Source: Catajapyx aquilonaris
Lineage: Eukaryota
DNA length: 64,000 bases
Direction: 5' to 3'
Assembly: GCA_000934665.2 (NCBI GenBank)
Contig: JYFJ02001344.1
Location: 1 to 64,000, forward strand
The notes below the pieces were generated by a model. It worked only from the letters and a program-made list of their open reading frames with translations, searched no databases and was not told where the DNA came from. The position numbers and the translations under genes are program-made. Shown here piece by piece: positions 13,641 through 27,030 of the stretch (its first letter is position 1; the number at the start of each line of letters is the position of its first letter).

Positions 13641-15484
13641 TAGGCTACTGTAAACTTCTTCAGTATATCCAGTATATGTAAGTAGAGACTAGAAGCTACG
13701 TAAGTGAATACCGTATACGCGTAGATCGGAGTCTGTATATTTATTACAAGGAGGGACAACCTAACATGTCGTGGCTTAACTAAAACATGGCTCGAACAAC
13801 GTAACACTCGACTTACGTATCGCTGAACGTAAGTCAGGAACCGGCCGTACTACCCGCAGGCTTGCTCCACCGGGCAACATCCGAAGAGTTAATTCCATTT
13901 TCCCTGGCGGTGGCAATAATTGAATCGTCTGCAATTACAGGGCGCGTCCAGATGCCACGAAGAGGTCCCCCCTATATACTTCCTTAGTTTCCCCTCAGTG
14001 GAAATTCAGTCCAGGACTATCTCCCTTTGTTCAGTTCCTAAGGGAACAAAACGGGAATTATAAGCTCTCCTTGTCTCCTTCTCTCTCTACGGGACGACTT
14101 ATGGTGCGGCTCGCGTTTCCCATCAACACTCGCGGGGGTTTCCTATTTCAAATGAGTCGCGCGCTGTCTTACACAGACGCCCAATTACACTCGGAATGCC
14201 TGAACAGTTTTTATCGGATCGAGGACCCCCATCATCAAAGGACAGACTGCTGGTTGGTCAAAGCATCCACTTGGAAGGAAACACACTTTTCGACCACAGA
14301 AAGGCAGCACCATGCAGTCAGATCCTTCAGTACATGCTCACCACATTGACTGGATCATTCTGAAGAATAATGGCTGCCAAGATGGCCACTCACCCTTTGA
14401 AGTATCCCCATCAATATGAATGAGTTAATCAATCAAAAAAAAAAGAAGTTGGGGACAGGTTAGGCTCCCTAGAGACACTAGAGATTGTGTGACCTCCACC
14501 ATTTTTGATGTTACGACTCGCATGTATTGTGGGGGGAAAAAATGCGATGGACTGTGAGGAGCTGATAACAAAATCCGGTAAATGATGCGGAGATGGGAGG
14601 TCGATCCGAGGTCCAGATAATCTTATGACCTTTTTTCCCCCTCCCTGAATTTGGGGACCTAGGCTTGTGTGGACCCCCGGACTGATGACTCTTCTGGGTG
14701 TCATTCCAAACTCCAGGAGAGGATTGCGAAAAGATCATTTGCACAGGGTGGCAAGAATGGCACCAGAAGATAGCTCATATTGTTAAGTTTAATTTGAGAT
14801 AATGCAATGTGGCAAAAATGTGAAGTTTCGCAATGGTATTAGGACAAACAAAAAATAATCTCAATATTAAAAACAAAATTTTAATTAAAGCCCAAATGTT
14901 ATTGAATCCACTCACAATTGACTTGATTACATTTTTTTGCTATCTGTACGACCCTGTAATTAGCAAAGATGGGAGGGGGAAGCTGGATTGCTTTACAGCA
15001 ACCATAGTCTTTCCCCTCCTTCAATTTTCTTCCCTAACTTTACATCGCCCTACGAAGAAGAAAAAAAAACTGTTACAAAAGTTGAGTCGAGACAGCAATC
15101 TTCCGAGGTTGAATCAAGGGAGCAATGACTGTAGGGGACTTTAAAAAAAATAGGGTCATGGCACAGCGCAATTTGGACTTAACATTCCTGGAGATCTATT
15201 CCGTTTTCTTAAATCTTTTATATGGCTCCAGACCATTCACCACGGACATCCTAGGAAAAAAAAATAACAGTTTGTTACAAAGTCTGAGAGTAAATTGGTC
15301 AAAATGTGTTGGACAACATTTGTTTCCAGTTTATTACTAAGACAATGAGCATCATTGCTGTATGTCCTACTCTTCAAGTATGACATCTTGCTTCTGTGTT
15401 TCTATTTTCTTGCGACGCCCCGGTTACCGTCAGCGGTTCAGATAAATTATTGAGAATAGAATCGCCCCTGTTTGGGACACCTAT

Positions 15485-18400
15485 TCATTCCGGGAGACAC
15501 AGTTGCCTGCCAGGTGGTTTGGCCACGTACGGACAGAAGCTCCCGCTGTGCCTCTTCCGGCACTGGGCGCAGAACCTTGGTTGTATCGCGGGCCTTGAAG
15601 TACTCGGGTTCATAAGGACGAAGAGCCCTCTCAGCACCAGCTCCCTCTCGTCCCAGGACAGGTCCGTCCACTGTATCGGAGGAGCGTCCGGAGCAGCCGC
15701 CTGCCTCAGGACGGTCATGCTCCGGGTCATCCTGAACTCCAGCTCCACGTTGACCGACTGCCTCGCCGTGACCCCCAAGGTGCTCGGCTGCACCCGGGGC
15801 CACGAACGAGCGCCTTGCATGGCCTCTATCATCTCTCGGGTGTAACGCTCGCGCTCTTCTCTTTTCTCACGTTTCCTGGAAGGAAATTAGACAAATCTGT
15901 AGGTTAGATGATGTTCAGTTATGCCAGCTAATCGGTCGGTTAGCGAATAATTATGTCAGTTAGCAAATAAGCAGTTCACTAATATAAAAGTTAGCTAATG
16001 TGCAGTTCACTAATATAAAAGCTAATATGCAGTTCACTGTTATGATAGTTAGCTATTATGTCGGTTAGCTAATATTCAGTTGGGTAATATCCAGTTCACT
16101 ATGAAAGTTAGCTAATACGTTAGTTAGCTAATATGCAGTGTCCTAAAATTCGTTAGCTAATATGTCAGCTGGCTAATATTTAGTTCGCCAATATGTCAGC
16201 TGGCTAATATCTAGTTTGCTAATATTCAGTTAACTATGAAAGATCGCTAATACGTTAGCTAGCTAATATTCAGTTACCTAATATTTCGATAGGTAATATT
16301 AAGTTGTCTAATATTTTGTTAGCTAATATGAAAGTTAGCTAATATTTAGTTTGCTAATATTCAGTTAACTATGAAAGTTCGCTAATGTAAGAACCTAATA
16401 TTTCGTTAACTAATATTAAGTCATCTAATATTTAGCTAATATGAAAGTTAGCTAATATTCAGTTAGCTCATGTAGTTAGCTAATCAGTGAGCTAATATGT
16501 GAATTAACTAATATTTAGTTAGCTAATATGTGAATTAACTAATATTTAGTTAGCTAAAATTTAGTTAGCTGATATGTGAATTAACTAATATTAAGTTAGC
16601 TAATATGTCTGTTATCTGACCTGATTTCGTTGGCGTATCGTCTGACGTATTGCAAGGAGCTGAGCAGGAACGTCCTGACTATGTTGTCCTGCCTGCGTTT
16701 CCGTAGGGCACTGGCGGTGTTGGTGGCGCATTCGGCCGTCCGGGAAGCGTGGCCGCCGCACAAGGCGAGCTCCTTCTCCATCTGGGACAGCTTGTACCTC
16801 CAGTGGGCCCTCTCGTCCATCATCCGCTTTATGATGGTCTCCCTCTCCTTCCTCTTCTCTTCGATCTGGACCTTGATCTCGTTCTCCAGGACACTGGACT
16901 TCTCCTCCTGCTGTTGGAAGGAATAGCGTCGCAACGAGCTTTGAGTCATCAGTCTTCACCGATATTGACCGTAACATAATTGACCATCACGACACTACAT
17001 TATACGCTAGTAATGTATCAGTTTATTAGTTGGTTAAGTGTATCAGTTAATACTTCTTTTAACATATCAGTGACTAGTATCAGTACAAGTACAAAGCCCA
17101 TATCCGAGGATATAGGAGGAGGAGGAGGTTATAAAATAGAAAATATCTCGCACACGTCACGACGTCGTCGTAGCGAGACGGGAGATGGCTCGTTGCAAAG
17201 CTCTCGTCGACAATTTGTAAGCGAAAAATCCTCAAAATTGCAAATTTCCTCGTCGTTCTCAAGCTACGCCCCAAATAAGATTTTGAACGTTCACCCGCTC
17301 GCCGAACCGCGCGGATCGTCCGCCAGAATAGCGCCACCATCGCCTCCGCCTATAGCCTGCGACTCGCCACCCGTCCGCTTCAGGCCGCGCCACTCTCGTC
17401 CACCCCCCGCCAACTGGCAGCATTATCAACACCCCCCATCTGCGCTGCGTATATGGTATCGTCAGTTTGCCCCATTGTCCACACCGCCGAAGGCGCGCGA
17501 AAGGGGACGAAACCTCACCGCCGAGCGCAGCGAGTCAATAATTTACATAGCATTGCAGCAGTTGATACACCAATATGAAAATGTAGTATTATCAGTTATA
17601 CAGGGTGGTCCAAGTTCAAGTGTCGTTTTATAACGGCGATTAATAGAAGCGCTTAACGATGACGTAGCAGCGACGTGTAAAATTGCCCACTTCGATTGCG
17701 CCGAAGATGCGCCGAAGTGGGACATTTTACGCGTCGCTGCTACGTCATCGCAAAATCACTGCTATTAATCGCCGTTATAAAACGACACTTGAACTTGGAC
17801 CACCCTGTATATCATCAGGTTAAAATAACAGTTCCATATCATTTAGTTAAAATAACAGCTGCATATCATTTAGTTAAAATATTAGTTATTGTATCAGTTA
17901 CCTTATCGGTTGGAATTAACCGAATATAATGGTGCGTGTGTGTGTGTTTTTTTTAAAAAAATTCACCTTTGCTATTTTCTTCTCTTTGGCCTCCAGAACA
18001 GCCTGACTTCGAGTCAAATAGTCGGCCTGAATCTGCACGCGATACTTCTGCTCCTTGTACTCCTTTTCGGCTAGCTCCACTTTGCTTCTCTTGTCCTTGT
18101 TAACGTCCAGCAGCTGCGTTATCAGTTTGGTTAAGGTGCTGTTCTCGTCTTGGATGTGGGAGGTAAGACTGTTCAAGTTTCTGCGAAGGACGATCAAGTC
18201 TCGTTATATAGGCGAAATTTTTTTGTATATATATTTAAAAATAATAATAATAATAATTTAAGAGACTAAACCTGATTGCTGTAGCATACGACGCTTGAAA
18301 AACCATGCTGATATGTTGATCCGCCGCTTTCTTTATCTTAAGTTTATCTCCTTGAAACCTTCGGCTCACCTCGAACACCACCTCTTCATGCTCCTTTGCT

Positions 18401-19249
18401 GAAGCCACCATCAATCCTCGGAGCTTTAAGCACAATATGATATTTAGAGATGAAACCGTTTGCTTGGTCAAAAATATATATTTACTTACGTCGTCAACAC
18501 GTTTCTGCAGGGTTGCTCTGGTTTTCATCCAGTCCGAGATGCTGTTCATCTCGTGTTTGAGAAACTTGATCTTTGTGTCCTGTTCCATTGCTATATCCTT
18601 TAGTCTTTTATTGTCAGTTCCGTAAAGCTGCTTCGAATTCGCCATTTCGATCACTAGAAAAATAACATTACACGTGTCCTCACTAGAGAGTCATTGACAA
18701 ACATCAGAAGAAGAAGAAAAAAAATCATACTCAATTCATCATGTTGAACCAGGCATTTCTTCTTCGTCTCTTCAACACGCACTTTGTATTTATTCTCCAT
18801 CAATAGCCAATCAGCCTTATTTCTCAATATTTCTTTCTTAGTTCTGTATATAGATGTTCTCATGTTCTGATTATCATCTGCCAATTGCTTCAGGTTTGCC
18901 CTGTAACATATGAATCAATCGGGATGTCAAACACACTACCTTAAAGGGTCGTTCGCCTCGGACAAACAGAGGCATAGACAAATTCTACTTTGATCAAAAA
19001 GCCATAACAATACTTGATGTTCTCGTTGGACTTCATAATTGCTGCAATCTCATTCTCCAGAGAATTGGCTTCAACCGTCAGTCCATGGATAATCAGTTCC
19101 ACGCTCTCAATAATTTTTTTACCGCTATATCGGATTTAAGAAGAAAAAAAAACATGTAAAAATATTTGTTTAAAAAATAATCAACAAGATTTCTTGAGAA
19201 AACCATACCTCTTTGCAGATTTTCGTTTTCCTGTCGTCTTTGGCGCCAT
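15485..19249 (-). CDS. Coiled-coil protein, BBOF1 (CCDC176)-like; multi-exon
   Basis: Exon 1 19209-19249 (MAPKTTGKRKSAK) splices in frame through ~19017-19124 (SGKKIIESVE...) and ~18733-18900; further coiled-coil exons at ~17965-18655 and ~16621-16955; the last exon contains IQWTDLSWDERELVLRGLFVLMN, resembling the BBOF1 C-terminal LTWEQKExVLRLLFAKMN motif. Internal exon borders are approximate. Confidence 0.6.
17601..17807. mobile_element. Tc1/mariner-type MITE in an intron
   Basis: TA|CAGGGTGGTCCAAGTTCAAGTGTCG...CGACACTTGAACTTGGACCACCCTG|TA; the element is nearly fully palindromic. Confidence 0.85.
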
Positions 19250-19867
19250 TGCTCAACTGTCTTTTTTTCCCAATACAACCGGTCATACAACGCTATCAAA
19301 TCATAGACACTTTGTAAAGATTATGGTCATAAGCAAAGTTTGCTTGAGTTGAATTCAACAACCATGGAAACAAAAACTCTGTCAACAACCAACAATATTA
19401 TTCATGCAGATCTGAGGCGCCATACGCTCCCAGTTTTCCCCACCTCTGACACCATATTGTGGACACGTCTAGTCCAATGACAATGAAGACCATAGTGTCC
19501 ATATAGCTACTAATAGCATTTTTCTTAAAGCGAGTTTTTCCTATAGAGTTTCTCTTTATTTTTATTTTTATTTTCTCTGGAAGCTAACTCCTGGTTGAGG
19601 CAAAAGTCTTCTGGGGGTTAAAGAAAGAAGAAGATAGGAAGCGACATAAGAGTCTGGAGAAAATGAATGGAGCTGTCACCAATAGCTCCATTCTCTGCTC
19701 GCTCCCAGCCTCGCTAAGATTTACCGACTCCGCCTCGAAGCATTCTCCCAAAAACTTGCGAATCAGGAAAGAAAGAAATGCTGCAAAATTTCGGCAACAG
19801 AATAAACACCCCCAACACATTTAGATTTCCTTCTATATATAGACCAGTAATAGTCTGAACTGAATTT

Positions 19868-20165
19868 CTGGTGTCTTTGGACACATAGCAATCGGTGTTT
19901 AAGGTGTCTGAGGGCATACAAAGGTCTTTCTGGTGCATAAGGGTATACAACGTTCAATCTAGTGTCTTAAGACACACAACTATTTTTCAGGTGTCGTAAG
20001 GCACAAACCGGTCTTTCAAGTGTCTTAAGACACATAACGGTCTTTCAATTGTCTTAAGGCACAAAACGTTCATTCTAGTGTCTTAAGCCACAAAACAAAT
20101 TTTCAGGTGTCTAATGGCACACATTGGTCTTTCGTGTGTCTAAGGGCACACAAATGTTTCAGGTC
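19868..20165. repeat. ~29-bp minisatellite with palindromic core GTGTCTTAAGACAC
   Basis: About 10 degenerate copies upstream of the BBOF1-like gene. Confidence 0.75.
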
Positions 20166-21291
20166 GTCTAACTCGTTACCGGTTGGTCCTACGACATATC
20201 TTGCATCTACATTTTCGACTCGTTTTGGACCATTCTATCTATAGTGGCAGACATTTCGGAGGGTTTAATTTCTTCGAAGTGTTAGAAGAGGATTCGACGA
20301 TTGCACGTGCTGGAGAAATGTGGTTTTGGTAAGTAGGTGCAGGCGGGAATGGTCCGTGGCAGAGAGTTGGGTGTACGAGGTTTTGGGGAGCAAAGTCTGG
20401 GAGTCGATCCATAAGAAAAGGGGGNNGGGGGGGGGGGGAAGGAAGGATATGGCCCAAATGGTCCTCTAGGGTCTCGTCCAAAGAGGAGAGAGTGGGGAGG
20501 GGGGAGAGAGACTCTTCCTCATGGTTCCTTCTCTCTCTCTCTCTCTCTCTAGATTCTCTTTTTCCCCATCCAGCTTGCTCCGACCAAAGTTAATCAGTTG
20601 AATGAAAGACCTCTCCAATTCTGAAACATCATCCGCATGTCTTGATTCTGATTTCAGGGCTTTGTATGCTGGCCTCAGGAGACGTTCACACGGGGGCAAA
20701 CTGGCCAATGTTGGGCAACAACGAGTAAACAAATTGCAATAATTGTTATTTTCATGTTCATGCACTGTCTTTTTAAATAAAGGCATAACCACTTTCCTGA
20801 AGCAGAGTAGTAGTAGTAGTAGTAGTAGCAGCCATTTTGAATCCATATTCGGTTATCCGGCGAATACATGCAACATGCCAGCATGTTTTACTTGGCTTCA
20901 AAATATTGTCGATCCAAACCACGCCATATCATCAGTGGGTCGTCCCAAGAATGGTATGTTGTGTATAGTGACGCCATTTTTTTAGTCCAAAATAATACAC
21001 CAATTTCCCCCCCCCCCCCTCACTCTTGATCCGTCGCAAAATTTCCTACCAAGTGAGCAGTGATTCGAAGCGTGGTAATCAACCCATCCCCAACTGCTCT
21101 TCCTCCTCCTCCCCCTTATATGCGAAGGCAACTTAGATTGCTTACTTAGAAGGAATCTCATTGCTAATGCTGCTCCTGGCACCCATCACGCCCTCCGAAT
21201 TATTATGCATGAATAATTAACGTCGGCAGAAGCAAAGTGGGGGAGGGGGAGGAAGGAAGAGGGGGGGATAAGGATTTCGCAAAGGGGTTTT

Positions 21292-21418
<127 letters not shown>

Positions 21419-22273
21419 CATATATACTACTGCTCTGCTGGTGCCAAATCCATGCAATTTAACCTGCAAAAACGTAACGAGGAAAAGACTTTGTGAAAAA
21501 ATATGTACTCTGCCTGTAAAAAAAAATTATTTGGAATAATATTAAAATACAGTATATTAAGCAAGTAAAATAAATGGGTAACAGTTAAATAACAAATGTT
21601 AATCAAGACAATATAATTATCATAAACTCTCATATAAAGTAATATAAGAAATGCATTTTTTTAAAATAATGTAAGAACCATTGAGAAATAAAATAAGATC
21701 ATTAATAAAATAATAAAGTGATGACAATGCAATAAAATAGCAAAATGAAGACAACGTACGATAAAATGATAATATTGAAAAATGATAAAAATAATTACAT
21801 AATGACAAGAAAAATGAGCAAAAAATAAAACAATAATAAATGATATAACATAATAAAATAATGCAATGATAATAATCACAGCTCAAATAAAAATAATACT
21901 GATAGTGAATAATAATTAAAATAAAATCAAAACTACAATAAAATGATAAACGATTAACAAAATAATACATATTGAATATAAAAATATATAACAAAATAAT
22001 AACATAATAAAATTATAAATAAAACAATAGCAAAAAAGAAAACAATCTAACAATAATCATAGCTAAAATCAAAATAATATAACACTGATAATGAATAATC
22101 ATTAAATTAAAATAATAAGAACAGTAATAAAATGAGAAAATTACAATAATAAACTGTTAATAATATAACATTGGTTATTTATTTTCATTTTTATTTTTAT
22201 TTTCCACCCGAATAATTCGCTGGTCACCGCTGGCTCCCCATCTATCGGAATTAAGCTGTGACGTAATGTAAGA

Positions 22274-22338
<65 letters not shown>

Positions 22339-23376
22339 TAAATATGTAGAGGACACGGCTAAAAAAAATTCATTGTTATTTTCGTGTTCTTGCTTAGGAA
22401 TGACACGAATTTAATCACTTCATCAGCCTCATTTGCAAGTCCAAGAGAAGAGGGGGTGGCAACTCCCAACATTTGAAATTCCGAGTCTCGACCACCGTGA
22501 ATGGAGTATAATTTATCATTAAAGTGCTGTTGTAGCAGCCCCCCCTCCCAGCTTTTATGTTAACTGTAAATTCCCCCCCATTTCCTATCGCTTTAGCCTC
22601 GACTTCTTATCCTTAACGCAATCGGGAGGTAAAGGAGGAGGGTTTGTTTGGCGGAGGGATGAGATGAGGGACCATCTTGGCAAATTAGGGGGCCTCGAGC
22701 TTTTTGGGCCACCCAACCTCCACTGCCACACACTTCATCACTTCTCAAGAGTGAATGAAGCCACGCCTGTTTGCTGGGGGAAAAAAGAATAATTAAATTC
22801 TGTAAAAAAACAAATTTGATGGGAGAGAGAAAGTTAAATGTGTACGCCTTTTAAATGTCGAGGAACGCAAAGTTTGTCCGGAGAAATTTGTTTTCAACTG
22901 AAGTTTTCGGACAGCTAACAACACCATCCTGGGAACAGTCTGGGCAGCAGTTCCCATACCTTAGTGTATATGTGTAAAAGGCAAAGTTTGTTTGTTTGTA
23001 CATGGAAGCGTGATTACAATGGCAACAACATTCAATGGTGCTAAGTGCTTAATCGCTATCTCTATTAATATATTTAAAAATGGCAAAGTTTGTTTCTATA
23101 TGTACAAAATGCAAAGTTTGTCTGTACATGGCAACGGGATTGCCATGCCAACAGGCGTACACGGCAACGATGGCATTCGTCAGTGCCAATGTCATCAACA
23201 GTGATCGTCGTGTGTGGAAACCATGGAAATTTAACACTAAATTATTGTTTAAATTATTTAACTGAGAAGCCTGGCACTGAACTATTCATTGGTAATCGTT
23301 AGGGTTTAACTGCCAATTAAATTCACAACAAAATTAATTGTTAGGTGGATTAACATTCGGGTTGATTGTATTATTC

Positions 23377-24759
23377 ATGGAGTCGTTCCTGTTGGCATGC
23401 AAAGTCGGGAATGTGCAGACGGTGCAGACGCAGATGGAACTGGCTGGAGGTGTCCATGCGGCGATGCAGATTGCGGATTGGGTCGGGTGCGGAGGGCTTC
23501 ATTATGCCGTGACTTGGGGTAGCGAGGAGGTCGTTTCCTTCCTGTTGCGTCAAGGGTGGCCTGTGGATCACCGCGGCGGACAGAAGCAGATGACCCCGCT
23601 GCACTGCGCAGCCAAATTCGCACGCCCGATGATGGTGCTCATGCTGCGTACGATGGGTGCAGACACAGTGGCTAAGGACGCAGACGGTAAGACTCCGGTG
23701 GATCTGGCCCGCGAAAGTGGGTGTTTCGAAGCGATCCATGCCATGGAGGTAAGCTCTGAAAATTATTAGCAACATATGCTACAATTTTAGGCACAGATTT
23801 CAGAAGTTCAGCGGTCGCCTGCGGTCGCTCCAGTGCCTACAAACTGTCCGGCACCACGACAAAATTCGTGCATTACCCAAATAGTATGGGAGTGGTACAA
23901 CAGCGAACGGTGGGTCGAGTACACATCGGGTATCAACTCATGCGCAATTGAAGCGCTGTACATGACAAACCCATCCGGACTTGTCGCCTTCACGTCCGCC
24001 AACGGTAGGCACTACCAGATAAATCTCTGCACAAAGATTCAGACCAACATGGAGACGCAGCATAACCGCGAGGTACGCCGCACCGAGCTTATCACATACA
24101 CCAAACCGCCCTCGGACAACTATCCAGACAACTGGGAACCCATGACAGATGGACACAATCTTCAAGTTTTTATAGTTGCTCAAGGTTCGCCCGAGTTCGC
24201 CTCAATCGCCCAGCACTTCCGGGGTCAGAATGTGAGCCTGGTATTCCGCATCCAAAACAAGCATCTTTGGCAGACCTATCGGCTGAAGTGGGAGATGTGC
24301 CGGTTGGACGAACGCCGGTTGTTCCACGGGACATCCCGGATGTCCGTGAAAAGCATTGCGGAAAACAACTTGGACTGGCGGTTGTGCGGGAACAAAGTGG
24401 GGACGGCATACGGACAAGGAGTGTACTTTACATCGGACGCTGCGATGGCTGCCAGGTAAGATCGTACTTGCTCTTTATGTAGTGGTGAAAATTAATGGAT
24501 CGCCACCTTTACATGAAGCTTGTTTTAATGGTCTTTAATATGCAGGTACTGTCCGGACAAGCCCAAAGTAATATTCTGCTGCCGGGTCATGATCGGCAGT
24601 AAGGTCAAAGGCACCAGCTTGATGCAACGGCCGCCGCCTAATCCCGCCACAGGTCGACTGTACGACACAAGCGTGAACAACATCGAGGATCCGTCCATAT
24701 TCGTCAAGTACTACGACAACACGTTTGTCCCCGAGTATCTAGTCCAGCTGGACAATTAG
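23377..24759 (+). CDS. Ankyrin-WWE-PARP catalytic domain protein (PARP11/12-type mono-ADP-ribosyltransferase)
   Basis: Exons 23377-23748, 23791-24455 and 24546-24759 join in frame. Ankyrin motifs (GLHYA, TPLHCAA, GKTPVDLA), WWE (WEWYNSERWVEY...YQINL...QTNMETQHNREVRR) and ART core (LFHGT, YGQGVYF, YDTSVNN, PSIFV, PEYLV) with an H-Y-I triad. Confidence 0.9.
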
Positions 24760-24907
24760 CAGGTGCGATTGAACGCCAATAACAATATTAAGAGTACAAA
24801 ATGCGTGATTTTCCAGGGACGGACTGCGTTTATTACATGATTATACACCCCCATCACCACAACCGGGTGTATAATAATGTAAGATGCCTTCCATCCGACG
24901 CCTCGGC

Positions 24908-25558
24908 TCATTTCTTCTTCCTGAACGAGCAGCCTGCAACGAGACAACATGTTAGCGATGAACTTTTTTATTCCAACGAGTGACCGCATGTACCTTCGAC
25001 TAAGTGAGCACGTCCCCCTGTGGGTTCGCACAGCACACGGTCGCAGCTGCCGCATCGAACCTTTTCCTGGGCGTGGCTGAACATGGTCGTGATCTTGTAA
25101 CAACCTGTAACAACCCCGCAATTGTAATGTAATGAGGCCAAAATTTTTAATTAAATGGGGGATACAAATTACCGGGACACTTCACGTCCAAGAAGTACGA
25201 GTTGGGATGCTGGACGAGCCGCTTCTTCTTGTGCTTACGGCGTTCCAGCTCCGGTTGCGGGTGAAGGAAATCGACAGCCAACTGCGGGCAATATAATTGT
25301 TGTAATACACACGCACAACATGTAATATAATTAATAAATAATTAGTAATATTTTTTTTAAATACACAAAATGAAAAATAGATTGGAAAGCTTATGTCTAG
25401 AGTCCCGGCATGTTGTTCCGGATGGTTTTTCCGGGTGTTTTTTTTGGCCCGATTTTTCGCAGGCTTTTGATGCGCCGGATTGTTCCCCGTCCGGGGAGGA
25501 TCTTTCGTCGCGTCCGGGCACCTTGATTACGCGGGTAGGAAGCGGAACTCACCGGCAT
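24908..25558 (-). CDS. RPS27: 40S ribosomal protein eS27 (divergent copy), 83 aa, 4 exons
   Basis: Exons 25553-25558, 25173-25281, 24994-25104 and 24908-24933 give [83 protein letters not shown]; pyrimidine TOP/TCT-like tract (ctccttcttttgtctct) ~40 nt upstream. Not in the ORF track. Confidence 0.95.
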
Positions 25559-27030
25559 GTTGAGTTCTGATCATGTACGAACAGGATCGGACAGAGACAA
25601 AAGAAGGAGGCCGAACCAGGCGTTGCCAGACGAAGGGCAGCAGGTTAACGAGCTTGTAAAGGTCATTATTTTAACGTTATTCTAATTAGAAGGGGGGCAT
25701 TTATTTAAATGCTGTTAAACAACGTCAAGCTCATATTTAAATATCGTGCGTCGGGTATTTAGGTATTTACAACTTTCGTCTGTGCACCTTGTGGCGGCTA
25801 GTTTGAATGCATATTAGTTAGATCATATTTTAGTATAATATAATTATTATCTATTTCATTATAATAGCTATTATTTTCATAGTTATTAAATTAATTGGTA
25901 TTATAAACTGTCTAATTAGTATTGTGTTTCATTAATATACAGTATACATAATTTCATGGCGATTGAATTAACTGCAAATTAATGTATTGTTAATATATAG
26001 CTACTATTTATTGCAAACTATTATTTTGATAGCTATTAAATTTATAGGTGCTATTTATTAGACCTCTCATTCATTAACATTTATATAACTTTGCTATTAT
26101 ACTTATTTATTATTTATTATAACTATTAATATTTATTACTTAGTTATAAATATTTATTACTTAGTTATTAATATTTATTAGGCCTACATTTATTATTTAT
26201 TATAACTATTACTATTTATTACTTAGTTATTAATATTTATTAGAGCTCTAATTTATTATAACTATTATAACTTATTTATTATAACCATTTCGAAACATTT
26301 ATCACTCTTATAACTTATTTATTATAACCATTATGAAACATTTATAATTATTATAACTTATTTATTATAACCATTTTGAAACATTTATAACTATTATAAC
26401 TTATTTATTATAACCATTTTGAAACACATAACTATTATGAAACATTTATCACTATTATAACTTATTTACTATAACCTTTTTGAAACATTTATCACTATTA
26501 TAACTTATTTACTATAACCTTTTTGAAACATTTATAACTATTATGAAACATTTATAACTATTATAACTATTTTGACCCATTTATAACTATTTTGAGAGTT
26601 ATAACTATTATAACTATTGCTTAATATTCATTATAACTACTACATAATGTCCATTATAACTATTACTTGTTAATATCCATTATAACTATTACTTATTAAT
26701 ATCCATTCTAATGTGCTGGGAAAATATTCTGATGTGCTGCTCCGTGTGACAAGAAATGAAACTAGGGTTGCGTATGCAAATGTATGCCAACGTATTTTAA
26801 TTATTTCATGATGGATTTTACATGGTTCATTACTATCACATTATTCGGCGTTAAATTTGGCAGCCACTTGAGGGCACTTACCCATACCATTCAAATGAGG
26901 ACGTTATGTATGTGACATAAGCATGAAAATGGACTGTTGGCTTCTATTGATGACTAAACTTGACCAGACGGTGTGGTTCAATATAATCCGGTCCAGTTTT
27001 GCGAAACAGTGTCGACAACAGTGGCGCCAA

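Noticed and set aside
19868..20165. CRISPR-like palindromic repeats with short spacers
   Set aside because: The period is only ~29 bp and the spacers resemble each other: a degenerate minisatellite.
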